Part shown: piece by piece, positions 26,610 through 40,041 of the stretch
Layout: every line of letters starts with the position of its first letter
How positions within the stretch are numbered: the stretch's first letter is position 1
Origin: Podarcis filfolensis
Taxonomy: Eukaryota
NCBI GenBank assembly: GCA_964270895.1
Contig: OZ185450.1
Reading direction: 5' to 3' (one strand)
Length of the DNA stretch: 64,000 nucleotides
Notes under the pieces: model-generated
Told to the model about the DNA's origin: nothing
Seen by the model: only the letters and a program-made list of their open reading frames with translations
The model's database searches: none
Made by a program: the position numbers and the translations under genes

Positions 26610-26742
26610 CTCAACTCTCCCATATGTAATATGGGTATAATACTGACCTCGCTTACAGGACTTTTGCTCACACCACAGCATGATAATGAATGTGAAGAGC
26701 TTTCAACACATGAAGATGCTATACAATGCTAAGAATTATTGT
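26500..26742 (+). mobile_element. MIR/CORE-like SINE containing a (CT)n microsatellite (26556-26606)
   Basis: ctcaactctcccatatgtaatatgggtataatactgacctcgcttacaggacttttg...gaatgtgaagagctttcaacacatgaagatgctatacaatgctaag. Confidence 0.7.
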
Positions 26743-29700
26743 TTCCTTCTATATTTGAGGAGATGGGCTACCTTGATGCCTCCTGCTTTTTCCAAAGAAG
26801 CCACAGCAAAGTGGTTGGCACTGAAGCATTTTGTAATTTCAACATTTATTCTCTTATTAACAGAGAAAGCACATCTGGTTAAAAGGTGTCAGCAAGCACA
26901 GAATCCATGCAATGTACCAGTTTAAGGGTTTATTTCACTCTGCTCTAGAATTCTAAGAGACGTCATTTTTACTCTGTTTACAGTCTCATTTATCATGACT
27001 TGCAGTGGCTTGACAGGAAATAAGGCTATTTGCAATATACTATCCAGGTTGGGTAATTCCTCTCAAAAATTGTTCTGCACATGAGACTGGTGGATCAGTA
27101 TGAAGGAAAAAGCAGAGCACCCTAGTCCAAAATATCCCACAGACCTAATTGCTTCCTAGGCCTCTCTGCTGACCATCTTCTCAATCTCATCCAACCCAGA
27201 TTGGTCTCCTAGCTTTAGGCCTTATCTCAAGTCAACTCAAACCCTCCCCATGTCCCTGGCCCCTTCATCCTTTCTCAGGTTCAACTTCTTGTGCTCTGTG
27301 GACCAGAAGACCTTTAGAGACTGATGTGTTTTGTGCATATCCATGTCTTAACATTGCCCTCACAGCACACATTGCCTATTCTGGGTCTGGCAGACAAAAT
27401 GACACAGGTGCCTTCCCGGCAAACTGGGACCTTAGGGTGAAGGGTGGGCAACTGATTGATTGACTGATAAAAGCAGCAATTGCAAGCAGTTGTGAAACTG
27501 CCCTGTAGCACCCCATGAAGCTCCAAGCGGTCACTTTGCCCATCTTTTTCAACCTGCACCACCCTGCACAATCGAGCAAGCAAACCCAGCAAGCAATGCG
27601 GGAGCTGTGGCCCAAGAAGCAAGATTAATAGAAAGCAGTGACACAGTTGTTGCTTCAGAACCAGGCCTGCCTCTCAACCAAGCCATTAACATGTCAGCTT
27701 AGGAAGCGATACATCCTAACAGCCCCATGATAAACAATGCATGCTCTAAACCATTATGTAGCACTTACTGGACAGGTACAATATCGGCTGCGCCAAGATC
27801 AATAAATGCACCTTTTTGCTTTTAATGCCAACAGCGAAACCTACATCATGAACTAATAGGCTGCAGCGTGTGCTTTATTTATCTCAGCAAAAAGGAAAAA
27901 GACAGCAACTTTCTACCAAATCGTCTTCTCTGGATTGAAAATTAACACACAAAAGAGTATAGCTAATTTCCAGGCAGTTTTAAAAACTGCGGATGCAAGC
28001 TATAAGTTGGCTACCACTACAGAGAAGGTCATATCCTGAATACCCAGCAAATGAACCACAGATAGCACTGGAAACTGAGCAGGTCCTCCCCTAATTACAA
28101 AAAGGGGTAGGCTGGGAGGGTCATTTAAGTGTCCTGATCCTAAACCATTTAGGGTTTGGAAATACAACAGAGTCCAGTGAAACTGGCATAAAAATGGAGC
28201 CAAAAGGTCCCAGACCTGACCCCAATCAAAACTCTTTGCTGCAGTACTTGGCACCAGCCAAATCTTTCAATTTGTCTATTTGCAAGGCACCTGACTAAAG
28301 AGTTTCAGTCTTCTCAAAGACTTAACCATTTGCAAGCTTAAAGCAGGAGTTTTAAAGGCGATCCATGTTATTCTTTTCTTTTCTCTTTTTAAGGATTTGC
28401 TTTTTGCTGTCATCACTGCCACTTCGCAACATTCTGGAAGGGCCCCCCCCCCCATTTCAGTAGCTTGGGTCTACAAGGTAGGCACATGCCTACTGCTGCC
28501 AGAACAACCTACCACGTGTCTACACCATTTATCAACTGCTATGTTTCAGAGGGGAGCCAGTTGGCTGAGGCAGGACGCCTCCTCTCTGGTACGGAAAGGA
28601 GAAACGTGCCATTCTTCCACCTCTAGGACAGCCAAGCCTCTTTGGCACTCCATCACGAAACTTCAAGGTTTTCACACTTGCTGACTCTACCGCCACTGCC
28701 CAGCTTCACCCTCCTTTCAGGATATGAGTAACTCCTGTCAGTTTCACCTCAGAGTTGCTCACCGCCTTCAAAGGGGAATCACATGGCCCACAATGATGTG
28801 GTTGGCATGGCACGAGGTACCCATGTCACTGGCTCACAGCCGCCGCTGGCTTGAGTGAAGCAGCTCCTTGGCTCCGTCCACTCTGGGCAGACCAATTCTG
28901 CAGAGAAGGTGCAGAGGGGCACGCTATCCACCCCTTGCACACAGCACCAGTCAGATACTTTCAAGAGGAAGAACTCCAGGTCAGCTAGGTATTTCCGAGA
29001 CCTCTCTGTGAAGCCAACAGTCAATTCACAGAGAGGTTTTTGGAGTGGAAGGTGTCACCCGCAAACTGATTGGGGAAACAGATTAGGCAGCAGTCTTCTG
29101 ACGTGCCCCAAATGCATCAAAACTGCCAGTCAGTGTGCTTGGAAAATCACAAAGAAAACAAGTTCTTTTCAGGACACAGTAACCTGCAATTTGACTTTGT
29201 CTCTTTTAAAAGGGATGGGGGGGCATGAGGGGAAATACTGGCTTTTTTCAACTCTTTCACCCAAATGAAATCATGTGAACTCTTTATGCATCAATGCCTG
29301 ACCCCCAAAAAACCACAAAACACAGAATAAACACTCTGTACTCCTTTCCTACCCCTAAAATCCAAGTTGCACCCATCAAATCTTCTGTGGCCCAAGCCCA
29401 TCACTGCCACCGCCACCCTCCCCCTCCCATCTCATCAAGGCACTTTGCTTTTCTCATGCCCCCTTATCCCCCTGTTCACTTTGCCTCCCTCCTTGGAGCA
29501 GAGTCCTTACAACCTACAGCTGATCCAATGCCAGAGACAAGAGGGAGGCTCCTTCCCTGGCCATCCACAACACACAAGTTGCTGCTGCTGCAGGGAGGAA
29601 ATTAAAGGGTATCAATTATCCTGGAGGACATATTAGATTTGCTCCAGATTGTTTGGGTTTTATCACAATGGCTGAGTAAAACCTTTTAATCAAAAGGCTG

Positions 29701-31494
29701 CAACTTTCGGAGCCTCAATCAATGAAACAAAAAGCTGTAGATTTCGACACGTGATTTCCACGATCTGGAGCAATTTGTAATAGCTTTGCTCAACGATCGC
29801 TTCTGGGAGCGATCTGGTGTGTCCCCCCCCCCCATTACATTGTTTCTGACCGCAACACTGCATTTATTCGACAGCAAAGCAGCTTTGAGTCTTGAAGAGG
29901 TTAACTTCTGGAGCACCTGGCTGCTCGCCAGCCTCTCTCCTCGAAATCGGTGCTAATGCAACAGAACAAGAAGCGCCCAGACTGGCCATGATTAATAGAC
30001 TGCTGAAGACACTGCTTTCCACAGAACACACACTTTTCATTCCCCTGCTTCCATAGATCATGGACTTATCCTCAAAATATCTGACTGAAATTGAATTTGG
30101 CTTCTCTCTCAACCGTTCATTTCCTATGTTATGCAAGGTTATATCCTTTTTCTGCATGAGCAGAACCAAACCAGCTGCAGCTCCTCAGAAGGAAAATGTG
30201 GTTCCAATTACAAAAGCTGGCCTGGATATTGAACCACAGTTCAGATGCTGCTCTAATTGAGCCATCATGGAGCAAGTCTAAAGTAAAGAAATTGGATTAA
30301 TTAGGTTTGCAAAGTTCAGCGTAAGGGATCTTGGCAGCGGGATGGGGGCACTAAATAAAGCAGGTAATGCTGTGAAAGAAAGCAAGGGAGGTGATGCTTT
30401 CGCTGGAGTATTTGACATTCAACAAGCTTTTGGGTTGCACAGAACTCTTTTCCAGAAGTAGGTTTTTGATAGAGCATTCATGCCCTATAAATGATGACAT
30501 TCACCAGGTAATCCAGCATAGTCTGGTTCTAAATGGGTAAACTGTGTGATCTGTAACAAGCAGGAAATGGACTTAAACAAGGGGTTGTGCTCATTAATGC
30601 TTGGTAACTGGGATTATGCAAGACTGTGGACTTTCAGAACCTGTAAGGAGGGCTGGAGAGAGGAAGGCAAGAGCACACACTGTTACACCATCTGCTGCTG
30701 AAATATTTTGAAACAACAGAGGCTGCTCCTTCTCTGCCTGGCCCCCAGCCCAATTTAACAATGGCTAAATATATAAAATATAAATATAAAATTTAGTATA
30801 CACAGCTGCATCCATGAGCACCTATTGTTTTGGTGTGCCTTACTGGCTGATTTGGCACCATGGAACCCACTCAGAGAAACTAAGTTAATTAGTGGGTGCC
30901 ACCCATTCATGTCCTAACATTTTCACCTTGTGCCTCCACATTAAAAATGACTGAATGGGTTTACCTTTAAAATCCCCTTGCCTTATCAAATGAGAACTCA
31001 AGAATGGCCGGCACAGAAAATGCACAGCTGGCCACGTTATTTCAGAATATCTGCCCTCCAGCAGGCTCCGGATTAGGAACTCCTCTGTTGCTCTTGGACA
31101 GCCCTGCTATGCCACATGAAAAGAATACGGATGACCTCAGGAAATCCTTACCCAGTCTTAAAAATAGCTGCTTAGTGACATCACAGAATCAGGTTTAGAT
31201 GCTCCCTTTTCTAATATTCACATTTCTTTCTCTGTCTCAGAACAGTCAGTCTAGCCCAGGAAGCTTCAAAAAGCAGCAGTCATCAGCTTATATAAAGGGC
31301 CAATCCCACCGGAAACCTTTCTGAATTGTGTTCCGACTGCGTTCCTTTTGAACTGTGAAATTCAATCGTATGCATGGAGAGTTGAGCTTCCCTCTTATTT
31401 GTTTTCAGAAATTGGCGGAAGTATAGATCTTGATATTAAAAAGAGGCTAACCGTATTGAACAGTGCAGGGATAAAATTCAACGATAGCCCTCTA

Positions 31495-31960
31495 GCCAAG
31501 GTGGTGTGGTTAGAGTGCGCGACTAGGATGTCATGAATTCAAACCGCTACACAGCTATGAAGTTCACTAGGTGAATATAAGAAGAGCTGGGTTCAAATCA
31601 GACCTTAGGCCCAGTCGGTCCAGATTTCTCACTTCCTCACTTGCCAATCCGATGCCACTGGGAAGACCACGTGCAGGACATGAGTGTAATAGCCCCCTGC
31701 TGCTCTTGCCACCCAGTGATTCCTCACTTGCCAATCCGATGCCACTGGGAAGACCACGTGCAGGACATGAGTGTAATAGCCCCCTGCTGCTCTTGCCACC
31801 CAGTGATTGGTAGCATATAGTCAATACAACTTGTGGGAATTGTTCCAAGGCTAACCTACCTTACAGGGCTGTTGTGAGGATAACATGGGGGTGGGGAACA
31901 TGATGCCCTGCCCTCCTTGGAGGAACAGTAGGATTACTTAAAGCATGCAAGCAAACCAAC
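31495..31960 (+). mobile_element. Squam3/CORE-like SINE split by an antisense L2-tail fragment (~31576-31830)
   Basis: The head ggtggtgtggttagagtg...gaattcaaacc...gctatgaagttcactaggtga and the tail ctaacctaccttacagggctgttgtgaggataac are separated by ataagaagagc...ctgggaagaccacgtgcaggacatgagtgtaatagc. Confidence 0.65.
31633..31808. repeat. Perfect tandem duplication, 87-bp unit x2
   Basis: 31633-31719 is identical to 31720-31806, with a tt microhomology at the junctions; it appears as a 29-aa repeat in the track ORFs. Confidence 0.95.
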
Positions 31961-32552
31961 CAACCAACCAACCAATAGACGACAACAATAACATGCAGTC
32001 GGGGTGTTTCAATCGAGCTCTTCTTCAAGGGAAACGGGTGGTAGGTGTGCCATATCTGTAAAGAGTTCCACAATATTCTAAATGTCTCCTCAATGAAAAC
32101 GTGTGATGCTTGTCTCCCTGTCTTAACTCTAAACTTAAAGAGAGCAGAATACACCAAATATTGTGCTGCATGAGAGCAGATGCTGCTTATTTACAGGGCA
32201 CGCCTATGTGATTTTTGGACCCCTTACCCACTTCCTATGAACTGCAGCCCCTAATGTCAAATTATACACTATGGGGCTGGCTCTTGGTATCCACTGCTAG
32301 GGGAAGTTGGGATCACTATGTCAGGGAACAGTGTGGACCATCCTGGGTGTAGCTACCACCCGCTTCAAAGGGAAACTAATCAAATCTGCAACTCTGGCTC
32401 TTTTAGCAGTACAATTTCAAAAATAAAAATAAAATGGGCTAAGCTGTTTATGAAGATTTTTTTTACTGAAAATGTTTTACCATCTCCTCCTGGTTTTGAT
32501 GCATTTCACTCTTATTGCTGATTTGGTTTAATGAGTTGGTGGGGGTGTTGTC

Positions 32553-32553
32553 C

Positions 32554-32602
<49 letters not shown>
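32553..32602. repeat. (TAT)n microsatellite
   Basis: Seen directly. Confidence 0.95.
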
Positions 32603-32603
<1 letters not shown>

Positions 32604-32959
32604 GGAATATGCCAGTTTGTGAAATATAAACTTGAAAAGCAGTCTTGAAATAGAAGCAAATTAATGAGTTAGGAATCAACAGCTCTGATTCCTCCCACCA
32701 GCAACATCCGGGCTCTGGGACAAACTACTCCTGCCCCATTGTGGCCTTCCAATGAGAAAAAAGGTTGCCCACTTCTGATTGTGTGTTTCAATCACTTCTT
32801 TAGAGATACAAAGAAAAAAATACGATTGTGCTCAAAGGTAATCCTCATTAATGTAATACAAATTAAATTATGCTCTCACAAGAGGGAATCCCAGTCCTTA
32901 AAGGCAACACACACCACCTTGAAATAAAGGACATGAGAATAAAAAGCACAAACACTTAC

Positions 32960-33007
32960 CTCGCCCTGGAAACTTTTCAGTAGTGGAGCTACCTGTTTGC
33001 GCAGGTC
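32960..33007 (-). CDS. CUX1: CUX1 coding exon (human exon 3 equivalent), 48 nt, DLRKQVAPLLKSFQGE
   Basis: Acceptor ttttatcttccag|GAC and donor GAG|gtaagt; phase 0-0. Confidence 0.96.
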
Positions 33008-35519
33008 CTGGAAGATAAAAGCAAACACACACCCATTAAGAAACAGATCACTAAAAAAGCAGCAAAAAATGCAACTGTTTGAATGCATTTGATGTAATTC
33101 CATCAGTTAGTCTTGCAGCACTTCTACCAATTTTATCATATTAGCTGAAGGCTGATTACATTTTTAATCGAAACACTGCTACGAGCAAGGAGTTCAGCAG
33201 AAATCCATTTTTAACTGGCTTATGATTCCAGCCTGATACACAATTACGGTTGTCCCAAGGGAGGAGAATTAGTTAACAAAAGCCTGTAGTAATGTTGGAT
33301 AATCAGTGAACTCCTTCAGTCTAACAACTCAACTGAAACAGTGCAATGAATGACTAATGGGATGTAAAACATGTGTAGCCACATGGAAAGGGATCAAGCT
33401 AGACCCCCGTTTGAAGCACAGCCTCCTCCTGACGAGCCAGGAATTGGGCATCATTTATTTAGATTTACAGCCTTGCCTGCTCCATGGGATTTACACAGCC
33501 CTGCTTAAGGAGAGGGAGCACACGTCATTAGCATCCCACTTGCCTCTCTCCAAAATCCCCACCTCCAAGAGGAGACAGGCCTTCATTGAGCTTTGCGCAA
33601 GACCTTTTAATGCCCAGCCCCCAAAGTTGACACTCTCGTAATTGTAATTAAGAGAATCTACGATAGAAAATCCTCAAGGCAGAGAACAAAGAAACAAAGC
33701 AAAACACAAATAAAATCACCAAAAAGAATGGTGGGCAAAGAGATCAAATTGCAGCCAATAATAATAATAAAAATGATTAGGTGCCTTAAACTCTGACACC
33801 TTGAATGCATTGTGTGCAGAAGCCAGGAGTGTAAATTACAGAGATGAAGAACATTAAAATAAAAAAAGAACATCAGAACATGCACTGGGCCAGTGTTTCA
33901 AGGGCCCAGATCCTGAATAATTTAGCTGATCTCACTGGGCAGCTGGTTCCATTAATCTGGAGAGCAACACAAAGAATGTCCCAACCACAGTGGCCAGCAG
34001 CCCAGCCAATGCTGGAACCATCAATAGGTTCTTTAAACTGGAGCTCAATGAGATATTACCCATGGAGCCCTGGGGCTGAGCATATGAAGTTCTTGACTAA
34101 GCCTGCCCCCTACTGGAGGTTGGTGTGAGGACCCGAGACAGGCTGGAGGTTTCATCCCATAGACACCAGGCCTGGCCAAATTATATTATTCAGTTATTGA
34201 AATACGTTCAGCTTGACTTTGTGCCCCAAGTCAGCTCGCAACAATAATTAAAAATGCAATAATAAAACAACGATATAAGTTTAATTATACGTATAGACCC
34301 ATGACCCCTTAAAGGGACAGGGGAACAGGCTGCCCACATTATTCAGCATCCATGTAGCCATTTTCCAGGTCACTTGTGCCTAGGAAGAATTACCTTTGGG
34401 TGACCAGGCAAAGACTCCCATTTTGTCTTGGAAGAGATGACCTCTCCCTTCTCCTCCTATCAATGACCAACAGGGGCACATGTGGATAGCACAAAAGGGC
34501 TATTGTCTTCATGCCTCACTTGAGGGTCTCTCCAAGAGTCTACCTGGCCACTGTTGAGAAGGTCAATGCCTTTAAGTTCTGCTTATGGGCTTCCCAGAGG
34601 AGATAACTGGTTGGCTGGAGTAAATGGGCTCTTAGTTTGGTTGGGGGGGTGTCTTCTTGTGTCCCCTTGCAAGAAATTCTGGGCAAGACTGAGCCCTACC
34701 TCTCACTGAAAACACTGCTTTTACCTCCCTCCCCATGTCCCTTTGCCTCCCAGGAGCAAATGGGCGGCTCCAACATTTCCCATTGTGCAAATGATGCACT
34801 GCTGGGGGCTTTGCTGGTAGTGGGAAGTTGTAGGGGAGGGGAAATGGGTGCAGAAGAGAGAACAGGTGGGGAAAACCCCTCATGCACATAACTATTGGTT
34901 CTTTCTGCTGCTGACCTGAAATATTCTTCTAGATTTATTGCTGGCTGTTTTTGAAAATTCTTTATCCAACCATATCCCTCAGTTTTATACCACTGTCAGC
35001 TGCAATTTCCCCTTTCTTTCGACTAAACTGGACAAACCAAAAAGGAAGGAAGCCGCAAGGCGTGATGCATGAGAAATCTGTAATGTTGGGAGAACAATGA
35101 AGGCTGTCTGATGATTTGGGTCGCAATCAAAAACAGGAGGAGGAGGAGAAGCCAAGGCCAGCCTTCTGTAGCAAGTCACTAATCACACATTAGAGCTCTG
35201 AAAGTCTATGTGGCACCGAACACTTGAACAAACAAGTATTTGTTAACACAAACGACCGAAACGTTCCAAGCACTTCTTCGCAAATTAAACTGGTAACATC
35301 GTTCCTCAAAAATATCTCTTGCTGCTTGCCACAAGAAAGCAATGAACCATCATGGTCTAAAAAAAAAAAAAGAAGGCTTGCTTTTTACAGTGGGTTGAAG
35401 TCAGTCTCTCTCTCTCTCTGTGTCTCTCTCTTTAACAAAGCAAATGTTCACACACACACACAAACACATTCCCTTCTCCACCAAAAAAGGAAATTATAAT
35501 ATATGGAGATGTTTGACGG

Positions 35520-35649
35520 CAGGGATGAAGAATCTGTGGCCCTCAACATGCTGTTTTACTTCGACTCTCATCAGTCCCAGCCAGCATGCTCAATGGACAG
35601 GGATGATGGCAGCTGGAGTCCATCTTAAGGACCACAGGCTTCCCATCTC
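35520..35649. mobile_element. Degenerate hAT-type MITE (family of 45275-45413)
   Basis: cagggatgaagaatctgtggccctc...gaccacaggcttccc. Confidence 0.55.
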
Positions 35650-36039
35650 AGTTTCTCGTCAAAGGAAATGTGACAACACACCGTTTTTTAGAAATTGAGA
35701 CTATGGCAGGGAGAGAGGAGGAGTTTAACTTTTCCCCACTGCTGTGATCTCGACACTCCCAACAGCCATCACAGAAGCACTTAATTCCCCACCACAGAAT
35801 TGCACAAGTCTGTAAATAAAACATTACACACACACAAATACACACACACCCTTCACTACTGAGATAATACATGTGCAATCCATTACTAGCATTTAAAAAT
35901 CTGGAAATCCTGCTGAAATCCAAACTGAGTGGAAGTCAAGGGATATCAGAATAACCAATTAAAAAAAAGTATTAACAGAGGGAATCCAATCATCTCGATT
36001 GAAAACCAGTCATCCAAACATGGGAAGCAGTTTTCTACC

Positions 36040-36175
36040 TAGTCAGATTGTTGGTCCATCTGAGCCAGTGCTGTGCACTCTGACTTGCAGATGTCCTTCA
36101 AAAGCTTTCCCAGCCTGCTACCATAATCTTTTAAGATGGAGATGCTACAGACTGAAACTGGGGCTTTCAAGGTTG
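36040..36175 (-). mobile_element. tRNA-Ala-like SINE fragment
   Basis: gtcagattgttggtccatctgagccagtgctgtgcactctgacttgcag...tggagatgctacagactgaaactgggg. Confidence 0.55.
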
Positions 36176-36379
36176 AAACCAAAAGGTGTGTCTTTTAAGT
36201 TTTACGTTGTTACAGGCCAGCCTCTGCTGCCAAGCTGAGCTTGTGACTGCAGGCAGGCAAATATTCAATGTAAGTAGCCGAGAGGTATCGAAGACGTTGG
36301 GGAAGCTATAAGAAATAAATGTAAGAAACCAGTCTTCTCCAACTCCCAAACTCATCAATCAGTACCACTCTGCCTAACC

Positions 36380-36515
36380 CAGGCTTCCTCAACCTCGGCC
36401 CTCCAGATGTTTTTGGCCTACAACTCCCATGATCCCTAGCTAGCAGGACCAGTGGTCAGGGATGATGGGAATTGTAGTCTAAAAACTTCTGTAGGGCCAA
36501 GGTTGAGGAAGCCTA
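36380..36515. mobile_element. hAT-type MITE, 136 bp
   Basis: TIRs caggcttcctcaacct / aggttgaggaagccta and a perfect 8-bp TSD gcctaacc (36372-36379, 36516-36523). Confidence 0.92.
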
Positions 36516-39106
36516 GCCTAACCATTCACCTAGCTTCCACAGGTGACCAGGAATTCCATGCTGATGACCAATACAAAATGATACGGTGCCTTGATTCCAT
36601 ACAGCTGATTCTGTTGCAAATTATTCAAAAGCCACCTAACAATATAGATTTTGCACCTTCTGTTTCAATTTCACTATCATGGGTCAGGTGGACAACTTCA
36701 CCTTTTTGCTTTCTGTCGACAGCTGTGGAGAACCTTTTGATCCCTAAATGATCTTGCCTGCTCTATGGTTGTCCTCCCCACCCCCACCCCAGTATGTGTA
36801 CAGAGAGAGAGAGTTAGTTTGTCTTCCAGAATTCTCCAGCTATCTGCAGCCCTCATTTGACAAAATGACCCTCCGGGGATCCTACGACCTAGACAGGGTT
36901 CTCATCCGTAAAGTATTGTATCTGTAAGCAAAATGAATTTGGAAGGAAGAGGCTCCTGGATTCCCTGACTCTGCCGTGGTTCATTTCTCTCTCTCTCTGC
37001 AAACGTCCTGCACACTGGCTGGAGAGAGTTGGAGTACTGATGAGGAGGGGGGTGGAGAGAAGCAGCCCGGTCACATCAGCGTCAGTGACATCATTAGTTC
37101 AGCTGTCGCATCCAATTGTGGAGCCGGCTCATCACGCAGGAGACGCTCCAGTTTTCCGACTGTCTACCCCTTTTGCATTTCCTCCCTTGTTAGGAGACAT
37201 TTAATAAGGAACTAGCAAGTGACCCTACACTGAAAATTGGCCAAGGCTGAACATTATGATTCCAGATGCTTTCTGACAAGAACTTGAGAGCAACTTATCG
37301 AGGAGGGGAGGTATTTTGCTCGCTCAGGCCACATGAAGAGAAGAACCAGCATGTACTGAGCATACACTACCTCTTTCAAACGGAGGGGGACGGACAGCAG
37401 GAAAACACCATTTCTTGGAGACAAAATGCTTACAAAGGGTGTAAGCCAGAGTCCCCCATAATTCTGATAGCTTGACATAGAAGCGCACGTTCCCCAAGGC
37501 ATTTAAAGCATGGATGGAGAAGTAAATGTTCACCCACAGAGTTGTCCTTGTGGGTCTCTGCACGAGTCACTCTTTTGGCAGAGGCAGAAAACAACTCAAG
37601 CAGAGAGGTGACAGGTACTCCTTCTCAGAGCACATGATTCTGCTGGGTCTTTGCATCAAGGGCAATTGAATCAAAGGAGGCTGAATTTATGGAGCTGAGG
37701 TCAGAGCAGCTATGGTAGTCACCGAGAGATACAGTGGGCAGCCTCTGCGTGGATGGGTATTTTGGACTTTCAGGAATATTTCAAAGTTTGTTTATTCTTG
37801 TGATGTGCTTGTCATTCTACCACGGAACGCATAGTTTGCTTATTAGTGGCATAGGTTGTTGAAGAACAGAGAAACATTTCCTGCATATAAATTCATAACA
37901 AGAATAGAGCAAACCGCCTCCATGTATTGCACCTTAAAAAAAACAAAAAACCCACCCACAGAGACAGCAGCTGACTGGCTGTCCCAGAGAGGGAGGGTGT
38001 TAGTTGCCTTGCCAGCCCAATGTAGTGAAAATAAGGGATAGAATTTAAACATAAATGAATACATGGAGCAGACAGAAGGGCAGTCATCCTGACCACCCTC
38101 CCCCCATGAATATTTCCCTTTTGTATAGCCAACTAAGGGAAATCCCAACACTCACCACCAAGTATTTAATGGCAACAAGCTCCCATTAATATTAAACCAC
38201 ATGCTAAAACAACCTGGTTGCTCAATAAATACACATTGTTTTGCTGCCCATAAATGGGGCAGGCTTTGTGAAGAGTGTGTCTTGGGAGAACTATATGATC
38301 TTCCAGAACATCTATTTGCATATTTACAGGTCAAGAAGAAAGGGAAGAGTAAGAAAAAGCAGCAGGCGGCACTACCCCCAAGGCAGAATGAACCACTGGG
38401 CCGTTCATTATGTGCCCGACCAGTCAACGATCAATTCATTTACTGAAATACTTATTTCTACCAATGCATATATACACTGCCCTCCCCAGAAATCTATTCC
38501 ATGCTACAGCAAAATAAAATAACACTATTTTTCAATTACATCTCTGTTGCTAGCTACTTCTTCTGGCTTAAAAAAAACCCAAACTTAACTTTTACATTAG
38601 CAGAAAAAGAGCACACTGGTGCTTTAAGAATTTTAGGCCACAGATCTTGTGAAAATTCCATTAGCTTTAATTATTTATCAGAAGAAGATTTAGATTACTG
38701 TTCCTGACCTATTTTTTCCGGCGCACAGGCCCGCCCAGCAAGGAAATCAAAGAGAATGGCATTTGCAAATAACTTACTGAGGTTGAGCAAGTCTGGTTTT
38801 ATAAGTATGAATCAAACAAGAAACATGTGTCAAGATGCTATACACTTGCTTCTGGAACAGCTGTATGGTGTTAGTGTTCCAACCTTGTATTTTGACATCA
38901 AAACTGCATTGTCAAGTTTGCTCAGACACATCTGGGCACTCCCTCCTTTGTGCTTCCTCCAAAATCTCCAAGTTTTGAGTGTTCAAGTCAGAATGTTTCA
39001 GTTCTCTGTGGAGAAACTACCAGGGGTACATTTGCCCACATATGGAGTGAATGCAGTTGAAGTACTATCTGAATGATGTTTTGTAAAAATCAACAAAACT
39101 GTACTA

Positions 39107-39327
39107 CAGTGGACGCTCGGGTTGTGAACGTGATCCGTGCGGGATGCACGTTCGCAACCCACAGCATTCACAGCCTGCGTCTGCGCACGCATGGTTTGCG
39201 ATTTGGAGCTTCTGCGCATGCGCGACAGCCGAAACCCAGAAGTAACCTGTTCCGGTACTTCCGGGTTTCGGCAATCCGTAACCCAAAAAAACACAACCTG
39301 AAGCGGCTGTAACCCGAGGTATGACTG
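39107..39327. mobile_element. Tc1/mariner(pogo)-type MITE, family A
   Basis: TA|cagtggacgctcgggtt ... aacccgaggtatgactg; CpG-rich interior. Confidence 0.85.
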
Positions 39328-39990
39328 TCTATGAGATCCTGATAGTACCTCCAACAGCCTATGCCAGGAGTTTCAAATATAATTCGATGGCAATTTTATT
39401 TATTGAAGGTTATAATTTTGGAACATTATGTTGATGAACAAACATCTTGTGGATGGAAAGTTCATGCAGGAGATATATTTAGGCAGAACTGGACCCTTTT
39501 ATGTCATGCTGAAATTGAGTGAGACCTACACAACTCAGAATGAACATGGCTTAGATCTGACTTGAAATTAATGCAAGATGTTGATTTCACTATGCAGATA
39601 CTTGGAAGAATGGGTAGATTTATTATTTACTTTCATGTATTTTTTAAAAAATTAAAAAGTAACCATCTTGGCTGCCACCAAACACTCACACACGCAGAAT
39701 GGGATCGGTGGATCCAAGCACCAGGTGCTTATCTCGCACCAGGATTGCTGCTGCTACTGTCACTACATGTTCCTCCAGCGCCAACACAGTGCTAAGGATG
39801 TACAAAAGCAACCTAAGCTCTGGTCCAGGGGGACTTAGAGTCTGAGGCAAAAAGGAGAAATGCAGGTTGTAGTGCATGTAAACAGATTTGCAAACGGGCT
39901 TGAGAGGGAGAGGGACACGAAGAGCATTGCTTCAAAAACATTTTTCTCCTGCTTTTCAGACAAATATTGTCTCTTAAAGCAGCTCATCTT

Positions 39991-40008
39991 AGCAGCAGCA
40001 GCAGCAGC

Positions 40009-40041
<33 letters not shown>

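Noticed and set aside
31567-31848. ORFs with a 29-aa repeat; CRISPR-like or repeat-protein idea
   Set aside because: Simply the 87-bp DNA duplication within an L2 fragment; there are two copies with no spacer, in a eukaryotic context.
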